From NCBI GenBank assembly GCA_965198065.1, contig CBDAON010000004.1:2432001-2496000 (forward strand): DNA of 64,000 nt. Reading direction: 5' to 3'. The notes under the pieces were generated by a model, which saw only the letters and a list, made by a program, of their open reading frames with translations, searched no databases and was not told the origin of the DNA. This DNA is from Longimicrobiales bacterium. Lineage in GTDB: Bacteria; Gemmatimonadota; Gemmatimonadetes; Longimicrobiales; Gaopeijiaceae. Both the position numbers and the translations under genes were made by a program. Shown one piece after another: positions 47,548 through 57,990 of the stretch. Positions within the stretch are counted from its first letter, which is position 1. Every line of letters begins with the position of its first letter.

Positions 47548-49629
47548 ATGAGGCGCCCGACCCTCCCGCGCTCGCTGACGCCCGTCGCGCTCCTGCTGAC
47601 GCTCCTAGTCGGTGCGGGGTGCTGGTCCGCTGCCCGGATCCCCGTTCCCAGCCCCCAGCTCCCTCCGAGCGACGGGCTCCTCGGATCGCCGGCCCTTCAG
47701 GAGGTGGTGGACCTCCAGGTCCGCCGAGACGGCGGAGCGCTCGTCGAGCGGCTCTCCAGCCCGGACGCGGCGGTTCGTGCCCGCGCAGCCCTCGCGCTCG
47801 CTTCGGTTCAGGATCCCCTGGCGGAGGGAGCGCTCCAGCTCCTCCTGGACGACCCTGTGGTCACTGTCCGTGGGAACGCCGCTTTCGCCCTGGCCCAGAT
47901 CCCCGCCATGGACGGAGGCGCTGCCCTCTCGCTCGCGCTGGCCTCGGAGGACGATCCTGGAGTGCGAGACCGGCTCGTCTCGGCGATCGGCCGCAGGGGA
48001 GCGCCGGAGGCGGTCGTGTCTCTCGTTGGTGGAGAGCCGGATGCCCCGCACAGAGCGCTATGGACGCTCGCCCTCGCAGAAGGGGGGATCCGCGGTATCC
48101 GGGACGAAGCTCTCGTCGCGGCTCTCACCGATCGCATCCTCGACCCCGATCCCGAGGTTCGCTTCGCCGCGGGATACTACTTCGGCCGCGTCTCGACGGC
48201 GGGGCCGTGGATCGACCGGGCACCACTGGTCCGTGACGCACTGGACGGCTACCGGCCGGACGAGCCGACCGCCATGTACCTCGTGCTGGGGCTGGCCCGC
48301 GTCGGTGACCCCGCCTTGGACCGCGATCGACTTCTCCACTGGCTGGCGAACGGCGAGGACTGGCGGATCCGGGTGGGAGCGGCGGACGCCGTGGGGAATC
48401 CCCGGTGGCTGGAGGACCCGGTGGTCGTGAACGCCCTCTTCCAGGCGTTGGCGGATCCCGTCGAGCACGTCCGAGCCACTGCCGCCTCGGCCATCGGGAT
48501 CCTGATCTTCAGCTCGCCCGACGCTCGGGCGCGAGCCGCGGCGATGATGGACGGGCCGGCCGAGGAGTGGAGGACCCAGGCCTCGTTCGCTCAAGGCCTC
48601 GTGGCCGCGGGGCTCACCGACATGGTCCGCTCCTGGACCGAGCGGATGGCGGGCGTCCATCCCGTGGCCGCCCGCATGGGGATCGAGGCGCTTGCCGCGG
48701 CCGACGGCTCAGACGTGACCTCCAGGCTCTTCGACCTGGCGGGGCACCCCGAGCCCGAGGTTCGGGCCGCCGCTCTCCGGATCCTAGGTCAGCGCTGGCA
48801 GAGGGAGGGAGGCACCTCCGATACGCTCCAGCCCTATTTCGAGCTGTTCCGCGAGCGACTCGCGGACGAAGCCAACCTGCCCGCCGCGCGCGCCGCGGGG
48901 GTGCTGGCGAATCCCGCATTCGAGCGCTTTGGGTCGGCGGCGCTCGTTCAGAACACCTTCCTCCGACAACGGCCGGGAGGGGACCCGAACCGGCTGATTC
49001 CCCTGGTGGAAGCGATGGGCATGCCCTCGGTGCCGTTCCTCCGGGAGCTGCTCGACGACTCGGACTACCGGGTGCGACGGGGTGCCGCGCTCGCGCTCGA
49101 GCGACTCACGGGAGAACCCGTCGTCGCTGCCCTCGTGGCCGCTCCCGACCCGGAGCGCGAGATCGACTGGGATGCGCTCGCCCGACTGGGTGGGGCGCCC
49201 CGCTTGGAGGTGGAGACGGATCGCGGGACGATGGTGATCCGCCTCCTCGCCGAGCAGGCGCCCCTAACGGTCCAGAGCTTCGTGGAGGAGGTGGAAGCCG
49301 GGTTGCACGACGGCGTCTCGCTCCACCGCGTGGTCCCGAACTTCGTCGTCCAGGGCGGCGACTTCGGCATGGGGGACGGAACGGGCGGTCCCGGGTACGC
49401 GCTCAGGACCGAGATCACGTCTCTCTCGTTCCGCCGTGGGGTCCTCGGGATGGCCTCCAACGGCAAGGATACGGAGGGATCCCAATTCTTCGTGACGCAC
49501 TCCGATCAGCCTCACCTTGACGGCAGCTACACGGCCTTCGGTTGGCTCGAGAGCGGGGAGGAGGTGCTGGATCGGATCCAAGAGGGCGACTGGGTGGTCC
49601 GTATGCGAGTCCTTCCTACGGGATCCTGA
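47548..49629 (+). CDS. HEAT-repeat + cyclophilin-type PPIase lipoprotein
   Basis: Lipobox GAGC; VRARAALALA-type repeats; HRVVPNFVVQGGD, GKDTEGSQFF, PHLDGSYTAFG. Confidence 0.9.
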   Translation: MRRPTLPRSLTPVALLLTLLVGAGCWSAARIPVPSPQLPPSDGLLGSPALQEVVDLQVRRDGGALVERLSSPDAAVRARAALALASVQDPLAEGALQLLLDDPVVTVRGNAAFALAQIPAMDGGAALSLALASEDDPGVRDRLVSAIGRRGAPEAVVSLVGGEPDAPHRALWTLALAEGGIRGIRDEALVAALTDRILDPDPEVRFAAGYYFGRVSTAGPWIDRAPLVRDALDGYRPDEPTAMYLVLGLARVGDPALDRDRLLHWLANGEDWRIRVGAADAVGNPRWLEDPVVVNALFQALADPVEHVRATAASAIGILIFSSPDARARAAAMMDGPAEEWRTQASFAQGLVAAGLTDMVRSWTERMAGVHPVAARMGIEALAAADGSDVTSRLFDLAGHPEPEVRAAALRILGQRWQREGGTSDTLQPYFELFRERLADEANLPAARAAGVLANPAFERFGSAALVQNTFLRQRPGGDPNRLIPLVEAMGMPSVPFLRELLDDSDYRVRRGAALALERLTGEPVVAALVAAPDPEREIDWDALARLGGAPRLEVETDRGTMVIRLLAEQAPLTVQSFVEEVEAGLHDGVSLHRVVPNFVVQGGDFGMGDGTGGPGYALRTEITSLSFRRGVLGMASNGKDTEGSQFFVTHSDQPHLDGSYTAFGWLESGEEVLDRIQEGDWVVRMRVLPTGS

Positions 49630-49753
49630 GTTCTCCACCATCGACTTGGCCCTCGATCGACGGGCCCGGTAGCGGCTCTTCTCGCCAGCGCGTCGTCTCT
49701 CCCCTGGGAGCCTCCGCACGCAAGGGAGAAACGGCCGTGCCCGATTCCGCCAT

Positions 49754-49823
49754 GTAAACACTGTTATAATGTTTTTCCGTTGGAGCACTTGATCTGGTCT
49801 GGAAGCGGTTTACACTGTTCACC
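49754..49823 (+). promoter_or_regulatory. Two putative TetR operators overlapping promoter elements
   Basis: GTAAACACTGTTAT (with TGTTATAAT extended -10) and GTTTACACTGTTCAC (with TTGATC-16 nt-TACACT, 7 nt before the ATG). Confidence 0.65.
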
Positions 49824-50477
49824 ATGTCCACGCCCCGGGATCGAATTCTGGTCAGCGCCGTCGACCTCTACATCGAGGACGGGTTCGACGGCTTCTCCAT
49901 GCGGAAGCTCGCCCGCTCGCTCGGCGTGACTGCCCCCTCCCTATATCGGCATTTTCAGGGGAAGGAGGAGCTTCTCCTCGAGGTCGTGAAGGAAGCCTAC
50001 AAGGTCATGGCCCAGTACCTCCACCGGGCCCTGGGGGGCGAAACCCCGGCGGAGCGATTCCGTATGGCCGGGGAGAGATGCCTGAGCTTTGCGCTCGAGC
50101 ACCCCCGGTATTACGAGATCCTGTACTCGTACGTCGAGCTGCTCGGCCTGGACGGGGTCCCCGTGGAGCTCCAGGAAGTTTGCAACGCGATTTACCAGTT
50201 CTGGCACGATCGGGTGCGGGAGTGCGTGGACGAGGGGCTACTCATGCCGGAAGAGGCGGCCGTCATCGGTCAGACCTTCTGGGGCCTCTCCCACGGCCTC
50301 ATCTCACTCTATCACCAGAAGATGCTGAGGCTCACGGAAGGAGAGTTCCGGCAGATGTACGTCCGGTCGATGGGCCATCTGCTAGGTGGCGTAGGCACGG
50401 AGCGGTGGAGGGCGGCCCGGCAACCGGGCGCGAACGGAATGGGTGGAGGTGGGGATGAACAGAGAGGAGAAGCGTAG
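49824..50477 (+). CDS. TetR/AcrR family regulator
   Basis: FSMRKLARSLGVTAPSLYRHF; C-terminal WGLSHG. Confidence 0.93.
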   Translation: MSTPRDRILVSAVDLYIEDGFDGFSMRKLARSLGVTAPSLYRHFQGKEELLLEVVKEAYKVMAQYLHRALGGETPAERFRMAGERCLSFALEHPRYYEILYSYVELLGLDGVPVELQEVCNAIYQFWHDRVRECVDEGLLMPEEAAVIGQTFWGLSHGLISLYHQKMLRLTEGEFRQMYVRSMGHLLGGVGTERWRAARQPGANGMGGGGDEQRGEA

Positions 50478-52029
50478 GATGGCGCCTTTGGCGAAGAGAG
50501 AGGGTAGCCGAGTGAACGACACGATCCGAATTCTACCGACCATGGGCGGCTCGCTTCAGAGGTCCCGGGGATCCCGGGCCTCGTGGCTCCCGGTCCTCAT
50601 TGCTCTTGCCGTCCCGGGTGGGCTCTTCGGCCAGGAGGGCCCGGCGGCGGGGACGCCCCCTATCTCGCTCGCGCTCGACGGCGCGATCGACATGGCCCTG
50701 CGGTCGAGTCGAGACCTCGAGATCGCGCGCCTCGGCCTTGAGGTAGCCGAGGAGCAGGTGTCGGAGGCGTGGGGCGAGGTCTATCCCACGATCGATCTCT
50801 CCACGACCTACAGCCGGAACCTCTCGCCGGCCGTGTCGTTCCTCCCCGCCCTCATCTTCGATCCGACGGCCTCGCCGGACGAGCTCATCCCGATCCAGTT
50901 CGGGGCCGACAACGTCTGGGCCAACAGCGTGTCGGTCGAGCAGCCGATCTTCCGGGCCAGCGCCTTTATCGGGGTGGGCGCGGCGGGCACGTTCCGGGCC
51001 TTCCAGGAGGAGGGGGTCCGAAGCGCTCTCCACCAGGTCGTGACCCGGGTCCGGGTGCTCTACTACGAGCTTCTCCTCGCGCAGGAGCAGGCACGCCTCA
51101 TCGATCGGTCGGTGCGGCGGGTCGTCCAGTCCCTCGAGGAAACCCGAGCCCTCAACCGGGCCGGGCTCGCGTCGGACTACGACGTCCTTCGCCTGGAGGT
51201 GGAGCTCGCGAACGTGGAGCCGCAGCTTCGCCTGGCCCAGAACCAGCTAGGTCGGACGGAGCGGCAGCTCGTGACCGAGCTGGACCTTCCAGCCGAAACC
51301 ACCGTCCAGGTGGAGGGATCTCTCGCCGAGATCGATCTCGAGCCGGGGGCGACGAACACCGAGGCCAACGCGCGCATCCTGAGCCTGGTCGGCGTGGAGG
51401 TTCCTGCTACGGTCACGATGGACGATCTGGACCGTCTCTACGAGGAGGCGCGCCTCACGAACGCCGGCGTCCGGCAGGCCGGTCTGAATGTCGAGCTCAG
51501 GAACACGGAGCTCCGGCTCGAGCAGGCCGAGTATCTGCCGCAGATAGCCTTGTTTGGGAGCTACGACATCCAGGCCCAGCAGAACGGGCGCGCAGACTTT
51601 TTCGGAGCGGGACGCGACCGGACGTATGGGCGGTCAGCAGGCCTCCGGGTCACCCTGCCAATCTTTTCCGGGCTCCAGCGAGCGGCCCGTGTGGACCAGA
51701 GACGGGTAGGGCTGCGCTCTGCGGAGGTGAGCCGGTCGCTCGCGGAGGACCATCTCCGGGACGACCTCCGGACGGTGCTCGAGGATGCGGACGAGGCCCG
51801 GCTCCGAGCCCAGAGCCAGCGTCTGGCGGTGGAGCAGGCGCGGCGGGGTTTCGAGATCGCGAGCGCGCAGTACCGGGAGGGATTGGGAAGCCAGCTGGAG
51901 CTGACGGACGCCGAGGTGGCGCTCCGCCAGAGTGAGTTCAACTACGCACAGGGGGTGTTCGATTACCTGTCCGCCCGCGCGCGGCTTGACGAGGCCGTGG
52001 GCGTCGTGCCGATGCCGACGGTGCCGTGA
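50455..52029 (+). CDS. TolC-family outer membrane efflux protein (start uncertain)
   Basis: YPTIDL, GLASDYDVLRLEV, GLGSQLELTDAEV. Confidence 0.9.
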   Translation: MNREEKRRMAPLAKREGSRVNDTIRILPTMGGSLQRSRGSRASWLPVLIALAVPGGLFGQEGPAAGTPPISLALDGAIDMALRSSRDLEIARLGLEVAEEQVSEAWGEVYPTIDLSTTYSRNLSPAVSFLPALIFDPTASPDELIPIQFGADNVWANSVSVEQPIFRASAFIGVGAAGTFRAFQEEGVRSALHQVVTRVRVLYYELLLAQEQARLIDRSVRRVVQSLEETRALNRAGLASDYDVLRLEVELANVEPQLRLAQNQLGRTERQLVTELDLPAETTVQVEGSLAEIDLEPGATNTEANARILSLVGVEVPATVTMDDLDRLYEEARLTNAGVRQAGLNVELRNTELRLEQAEYLPQIALFGSYDIQAQQNGRADFFGAGRDRTYGRSAGLRVTLPIFSGLQRAARVDQRRVGLRSAEVSRSLAEDHLRDDLRTVLEDADEARLRAQSQRLAVEQARRGFEIASAQYREGLGSQLELTDAEVALRQSEFNYAQGVFDYLSARARLDEAVGVVPMPTVP

Positions 52030-52105
52030 TCGTGGGAAGCACGAGACCGTACGCCACGCGGACGGGTGCGATGGGACACCAGAACGCGAACTGGAGCTGA
52101 CTCGA

Positions 52106-53257
52106 ATGGCAACGATGTGGAAGGAGCGGGAAGAGAGGGGGTCGCGGCTGAATTCGCGTAGGGGCGGGGGCGTCCGCCTGGCGCTCCTGCCCGTCCTCGC
52201 GCTGGCCGCCGCCTCCTGCGGCGGCGCCGCCGGAGCGCCGGGAGCCCAGGCGGATGAGGCTGCGTTCCAGCGGGTGATCAACGTGGAGGTCCTCCCGCTC
52301 GCGAGCCGTGGTTTCGAGCAGCGGGTGCGCCTGACGGGCACGGCGCAGGCCAACCTCGACGTAACGCTCTCCGCCGAGGAAGCCGGAGTCGTCCGCGAAG
52401 TGCTCGTGGAGAAGGGTGCCACGGTGAGCGAGGAGCAGGCGCTCTTCCGGATCGACGACCGGATCCTCCGCGCGCAGGTGGCCGAGGCCGAGGCGCGGGA
52501 GGCGCTGGCCCGGGAGACCTGGGAGCGCCGGCGACGCCTCTTCGAGGTGGACGGGGTCGGGTCCGAGCTCGCCTACCTCGAGGCGCGCTACCAGGCGGAG
52601 CAGGCGACGGCCCAGCTCGCCACCTTGAACGAGCGCCTCAACCGGACGGTCGTTCGAGCGCCGATCGGGGGAATCCTCGAGGACCGCCACGTCGAGGTGG
52701 GCTCGCTCGTGGCCCCCGGGGTTCCGGTGGCCCGGGTCGTCCAGGTGGACCCGATCAAGGTGACGGGAGGCGTGCCCGAGCGATACGCGGCCGACGTGAC
52801 CCGGGGCGCGTCGGCAGCCGTGAGCTTCGACGTGCTTCCCGGGCAGACGTTCCAGGTCCCGGTGCGTTATGTGGCGGCCACGGTGAACCCGGAGAATCGC
52901 ACGTTCGCGGTCGAGCTCACGGTTCCGAACCCGGGGCGTGCCATCAAGCCCGAGATGGTGGCGAACATCGAGATCGTCCAGCGGAACCTGGATCAAGCCA
53001 TCGTGATTCCACAGGAGGCGGTGGTCCGGGTCGAGGGCGGGTACGTGGCGTTCGTGGTCGAGGACGAGGGGAGCGCGACCGTCGCGAAGGTGCGACCCCT
53101 CGTGCTGGGGACGAGCCAGCGGAACCAGGTCGTGGTGGAGGGAGGGCTTTCGCCCGGGGACCGGCTGATCGTGGCGGGCCAGGCCCAAGTAGCGGACGGG
53201 GACCAAGTGCGAATCGTCGGTACACGCGACGGCGGGTCCACGGAAGCTGACCGATGA
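52106..53257 (+). CDS. RND efflux periplasmic adaptor (MFP)
   Basis: Lipobox AASC; VRAPIGG, IKPEM, GLSPGD. Confidence 0.9.
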   Translation: MATMWKEREERGSRLNSRRGGGVRLALLPVLALAAASCGGAAGAPGAQADEAAFQRVINVEVLPLASRGFEQRVRLTGTAQANLDVTLSAEEAGVVREVLVEKGATVSEEQALFRIDDRILRAQVAEAEAREALARETWERRRRLFEVDGVGSELAYLEARYQAEQATAQLATLNERLNRTVVRAPIGGILEDRHVEVGSLVAPGVPVARVVQVDPIKVTGGVPERYAADVTRGASAAVSFDVLPGQTFQVPVRYVAATVNPENRTFAVELTVPNPGRAIKPEMVANIEIVQRNLDQAIVIPQEAVVRVEGGYVAFVVEDEGSATVAKVRPLVLGTSQRNQVVVEGGLSPGDRLIVAGQAQVADGDQVRIVGTRDGGSTEADR

Positions 53258-56200
53258 CGGACCGAGAGAAGGGGCTGACCGAAGAAGTGCGGGAGGACGA
53301 TCCGCAGTTCCTAGCGAGGTTCAAGGAGTTCGGGCTCACGAGCTTCTCCGTGGGCCATCAGACCAGCGTCGTCGTGCTCTTCCTGATCGTGTCGGTGGCG
53401 GGGTTCTTCTCGTATCTGAGGATCCCGAAGGAATCCGCCCCTGAGATCACGATGCCGATGATCGCGATCAACACGATGTATCCGGGCGTCTCACCGGCCG
53501 ACGTGGAGACGCTCGTGACCCGTCCGATCGAGGAGGAGCTGAACACGATCTCCGAGGTGCAGGAGATGATCTCGACCTCGGTCGAGGGCTACTCCTCCAT
53601 CACGGTCGAGTTCTCCGTGGGGACGGACCTGGAGGAAGCGCTCCAGCAGGTTCGGGAGAAGGTGGGTCTCGCGAAGCCCGAGCTCCCCCCAGACGCGGAC
53701 GAGCCGTCGATCGTGGAGTTCAACTTCGCCGAAGTGCCGATCATGCAGGTGAACCTGGCCGGTGATTACGGCCTCGTCCGCCTGAAGGAGATCGGAGAGG
53801 ACCTCCAAGACCGGATCGAGCAGGTCCCCGAGATCCTTAGGGCGGATCTCCGCGGCGGTCTCGAGCGGGAGGTGAAGGTCGACGTGGATTTGCCGCGGCT
53901 CAAGTTCTACGGCCTCGCGTTGGACGACGTGGTCGAGGCAATCCGGAACGAGAACGTGAACATCCCGGGCGGATCGATCGAAGTAGGGCCCGTGAACTAC
54001 CTGGTGCGGGTGGACGGCGAGTTCGTGGATCCGACCGTCATCGAGGAGCTCGTCGTAGGGACGTTCGACGGGCGGCCGGTCTACGTCCGTGACGTGGCCG
54101 ACGTCGAGTTCGGCTTCTCGGATCGGACCAGCTACGCCCGGCTGAACGGGAGCCCGGTCGTCACGCTCGACGTGGTGAAGCGGAGCGGGGAGAACATCAT
54201 CGAGGCGGCCGAGCAGGTGAGCGCGATCGTGGCCGACATGGAGCCCCTCTTCCCCCCGAGCACTCAGGTCTCGATCACTGGGGACCAATCCCGTGACATC
54301 TACATGATGGTGTCGAGCCTCGAGAACAACATCCTCTCCGGGCTGCTCCTGATCCTCGCGGTGCTGCTCTTCTTCCTCGGGCTCAAGACCGCCGCCTTCG
54401 TGGCGGTGGCGATCTCGACGTCCATGTTCCTGTCGTTCATGATCCTGGAGCTCCTCGGGATCACGATGAACATGGTCGTGCTGTTCTCGCTGATCCTGGC
54501 CCTCGGGATGCTCGTCGACAATGCGATCGTGGTGGTCGAGAACATCTACCGGTTCGTCCAGAGCGGCTGGAGCCCCGCCATGGCGGCCAGGAAGGCGCCC
54601 GGCGAGGTCGCGCTACCCGTGATCGCGTCTACAGCCACGACGCTCGCAGCGTTCACGCCGCTCATGTTCTGGCCCGGCCTGGTCGGCGAGTTCATGGGAT
54701 ACCTGCCGCTGACGCTGATCATCACGCTCTCGAGCTCGCTCTTCGTGGCGCTCGTGATCGTGCCCGTGCTCTGCGCCGTCTTCCTGAAGCCCAAGGGGAC
54801 CCCACCGCGGCCGCTGACGCCTACGGCGAAGTGGACGCTCGTCATCGGGACGAGTCTGGCGCTCCTCCTGATTGCCGCCGGGAACCCAGCCACGGCGGGC
54901 CTTCTGGCCGCGACGGGCGTGGGGCTCTACCTGCTGAACCGGACGGTGCTGGAGCGCGCGTCCGCGCGTTTCCAGTCGGACTGGATCCCCGCGTTGATCG
55001 CTCGCTACGAGCGTGTGCTCCGCTGGTCGCTCGACCACCGTGGGGCGGTCGTGGGGCTCGCGGCATTGGTGTTTGTCACGACCTTCGGCGTGTTCGCGGT
55101 CTTCAACAACGGGGTCGAGTTCTTCCCCGAGGACATTCCCCCCAGCCAGATCGTGGTGGACGTCGAGGCTCCCGCAGGGACGCGAGTGGTGTTCAGTGAC
55201 GGCGTGGCGACGACGCTCGAAGACGAGGTCCGGGTGGTCGAGGGGTTCGAGGACGTGGAGTCCATGGTTACGACGTCGGGGAGCGGTGGGGGCGGCGCGG
55301 CCGCCATGATGGGGGGAGGAGGGCCCGGAGGCGAGAACACGGCGCGCATCACGCTGTCGATGGTTCCGTTCCAGGATCGCCGGCGCGACGGGTTCCGGAC
55401 GCTGGCGCTCCTCCAGGAAAACCTGGGGACGGGGATCGCCGGCGCGGAGATCAGCGCGGACATGCCCGACCAGGGGCCGACCGGGGGCGCACCCGTGAGC
55501 ATCGAGATCGTGGGGGAGGACCCCGCGGTCCTCAAGCAGCTCTCGGACCGCATGCTGGACGTGCTCCGGAACGCGCCCGTGGCCGAACGGCTGGTGAGGC
55601 TCGAGAGCGATCTGGACGAGGCGCGCCCCGAGCTCGCCATTCACGTGGACCGGGAGCGCGCGTCCCTGTACGGGCTCTCGACCTTAGACGTGGGCGGCGC
55701 CGTGCGCGGTGCGATCCAGGGGATCGAGGCCGCGAAGTACCGCACGGGGAACGACGAATACGACATCGTCGTCCGCCTGGCCGAGACATGGAGGAACGAG
55801 CTCTCCGCGCTCGAGGACCTCGTAATCGTCGCGGAGGGGGGTGCCCAGGTGCCGCTCGTGTCCGTCGCGACCTGGGACGTCCAGGACGGGCTCGGCTCGA
55901 TCCGCCGGAAGGACATGGACCGGCTGGCCGCGATCACGTCCGACGTGCGCGCGGGCCTGAACCAGAACGCGGTTCTGATGGAGGTGCAGGAGACGCTGGC
56001 CCCGTTTGCCGCGGACGAGATCCCGCTCGGATACCAGCTCCGGTATACGGGGCAGCTCGAGGAGCAGATGGCGGCGCAGGAGTTTCTGACGTCTGCGTTC
56101 ATCATCGCGCTGATGGCGATCGGCGCCATCCTCATCAGTCAGTTCAACTCCGTGGTAAAGCCCGTCATCATCATGACGTCGGTGATCATGAGTACCGTGG

Positions 56201-56772
56201 GCGTGCTGATCGGGCTGATGACGTTCAACATGCCCTTCGTCATCATCATGACCGGCGTGGGAGTAATCTCGCTCGCCGGGATCGTAGTGAACAACGCGAT
56301 CGTGCTGGTCGATTACATCGACGTCTTGCGTGATCGGGACGGCCTGAGCCGGATGGAGGCGCTCGTGCGGGGAGGGATGACCCGCTTCCGGCCGGTGATC
56401 CTAACGGCAGTGACGACCGCTCTCGGTCTGGTGCCCCTGGCGGTCGGGCTCAACTTCGACTTCTTCGGCCTCTATGGCGCGCTGAACCCCGACCTGTATT
56501 GGGGTGGAGAACAGGCGGCGTGGTGGGGTCCCATGGCCGTCGCGGTCATCGTGGGGATCCTGTTCGCGACGGTTCTGACCCTGCTCGTGGTTCCGGTCAT
56601 GTACTCGCTGGTGGACGACCTAGCGAGGTTCTTCCGGACGCGGTACTTCGCGGAAAGGGTCGAGGCCGGGGTCCTGGGCGGAGCGGCGGAGCCGGCGGGA
56701 GGGACCGAATCGGTGGACGGCGACGGACGGCCCCGGCGGCCCTCGGAGGTGCCCGAGCCGGTACGGGTTTGA
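53254..56772 (+). CDS. RND efflux permease (AcrB/AcrD/AcrF family)
   Basis: GMLVDNAIVVVENI, GIVVNNAIVLVD, RFRPVILTA. Confidence 0.95.
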   Translation: MTDREKGLTEEVREDDPQFLARFKEFGLTSFSVGHQTSVVVLFLIVSVAGFFSYLRIPKESAPEITMPMIAINTMYPGVSPADVETLVTRPIEEELNTISEVQEMISTSVEGYSSITVEFSVGTDLEEALQQVREKVGLAKPELPPDADEPSIVEFNFAEVPIMQVNLAGDYGLVRLKEIGEDLQDRIEQVPEILRADLRGGLEREVKVDVDLPRLKFYGLALDDVVEAIRNENVNIPGGSIEVGPVNYLVRVDGEFVDPTVIEELVVGTFDGRPVYVRDVADVEFGFSDRTSYARLNGSPVVTLDVVKRSGENIIEAAEQVSAIVADMEPLFPPSTQVSITGDQSRDIYMMVSSLENNILSGLLLILAVLLFFLGLKTAAFVAVAISTSMFLSFMILELLGITMNMVVLFSLILALGMLVDNAIVVVENIYRFVQSGWSPAMAARKAPGEVALPVIASTATTLAAFTPLMFWPGLVGEFMGYLPLTLIITLSSSLFVALVIVPVLCAVFLKPKGTPPRPLTPTAKWTLVIGTSLALLLIAAGNPATAGLLAATGVGLYLLNRTVLERASARFQSDWIPALIARYERVLRWSLDHRGAVVGLAALVFVTTFGVFAVFNNGVEFFPEDIPPSQIVVDVEAPAGTRVVFSDGVATTLEDEVRVVEGFEDVESMVTTSGSGGGGAAAMMGGGGPGGENTARITLSMVPFQDRRRDGFRTLALLQENLGTGIAGAEISADMPDQGPTGGAPVSIEIVGEDPAVLKQLSDRMLDVLRNAPVAERLVRLESDLDEARPELAIHVDRERASLYGLSTLDVGGAVRGAIQGIEAAKYRTGNDEYDIVVRLAETWRNELSALEDLVIVAEGGAQVPLVSVATWDVQDGLGSIRRKDMDRLAAITSDVRAGLNQNAVLMEVQETLAPFAADEIPLGYQLRYTGQLEEQMAAQEFLTSAFIIALMAIGAILISQFNSVVKPVIIMTSVIMSTVGVLIGLMTFNMPFVIIMTGVGVISLAGIVVNNAIVLVDYIDVLRDRDGLSRMEALVRGGMTRFRPVILTAVTTALGLVPLAVGLNFDFFGLYGALNPDLYWGGEQAAWWGPMAVAVIVGILFATVLTLLVVPVMYSLVDDLARFFRTRYFAERVEAGVLGGAAEPAGGTESVDGDGRPRRPSEVPEPVRV

Positions 56773-56898
56773 CGGTGTGGGGCCCGGAGCGGGTTTGGCC
56801 CCGTTTCCGGGGTCGGCCCGCAGGATCGTGGAAGGATCGGGATCAGCGCTTCCGCGAGCCTTTCTGGGACCCGCGGATCGGGATGGCGGGACCGCCGC

Positions 56899-57933
56899 CT
56901 AGTGGGTCATCGCGTAGACGATGACGTTGAACCCGAGCTGGAAGGCGTAGTTCGACCGATCCCACGGATAGCAGGGTTGCTCCGCCCACTCCCAGGCGTC
57001 CCCAAGGTCGCTGTTCCAGCTGATCAGGACTAGGAGTCGTCCGGTATCGTCGAAGATGCCGCGCAGGTGCGGTTCATAGCCGTCCCGCTCGAAGTAGTAA
57101 TCCGGGTTTCCCCGGCAGCCCTGCCCATTGTTCGGGACCTGGAGAACCTCCTCGATCGGATACACGATCCTGAAGATGAGGTGATCCATCGGCATCTCAA
57201 CGATCGGATACTCCGGGAGAACCGCCGAGATGTTGTAGTAGAAGACGTCCCACTCGTAGGTGCCCCAGAAGTCGTCGATGAAGGCGAACCCGCCCGCGAG
57301 GAGGTAGCCACGGAGCCCTTCGACCTCCCGCGGCGTCAGCCCCATGCCGCCGACCTCGAGCATGTAGACCCAGGGGAACTTCCGCATGTGGGGATCGTCG
57401 AGATAGACGACGTTCTCGCACTCGAACGCGTCCATGTCCAAGATCCGCTCGAGCACGACGAGGAACTGGCGGTCCGCCTTGTTGAAGTCCACTGACCACG
57501 AGTTGCCCCGTCTCCCGAACGGGTCGCTGGAGTAGGCTCCCCGGGAGAAGTAGAACTCGCGGTAAGGGCTAGGCTCCGTCTCGAGCATGAAGTCCGGCGG
57601 GCAAGTCTGGGCCCGCGTGGTCGTGCGCGACCGGTCGAAGCCGATGTCCAAAGCGGGACGCCTCTGCGGCCACGGGACCTCGGCGGACAGGACGGACGCG
57701 AGCGACGCGGACCGCGCGGCGGCGATTCCGGCGGGGGCGTCCGCGGTAGGCCCGGCGGCGCCCGTACGTCCGTGGGCGTCGTCGGCTGCACGCGCGGCAC
57801 CGGTCCCGAGGGAGGCGTCGTCGTCGGGCCCCGTGGCCGGCGCACGGGCGTCGGCCGCCACGAGGGCCCCCACCCCCGCCGCGAGGATCGCGGCGGACGT
57901 GGCCCAGACGACTTTCCGTCGGTTGGGTCTCAT
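56899..57933 (-). CDS. DUF4159 domain protein
   Basis: LRGYLLAGGFAFIDDF, NSDLGDAWE, GFNVIVYAMTH. Confidence 0.85.
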   Translation of the reverse strand: MRPNRRKVVWATSAAILAAGVGALVAADARAPATGPDDDASLGTGAARAADDAHGRTGAAGPTADAPAGIAAARSASLASVLSAEVPWPQRRPALDIGFDRSRTTTRAQTCPPDFMLETEPSPYREFYFSRGAYSSDPFGRRGNSWSVDFNKADRQFLVVLERILDMDAFECENVVYLDDPHMRKFPWVYMLEVGGMGLTPREVEGLRGYLLAGGFAFIDDFWGTYEWDVFYYNISAVLPEYPIVEMPMDHLIFRIVYPIEEVLQVPNNGQGCRGNPDYYFERDGYEPHLRGIFDDTGRLLVLISWNSDLGDAWEWAEQPCYPWDRSNYAFQLGFNVIVYAMTH

Positions 57934-57990
57934 GAGTTTCGCATCACCCGAGCTCATCTCATCCAATGTTAAGGACCTATCGGGCTCTGG

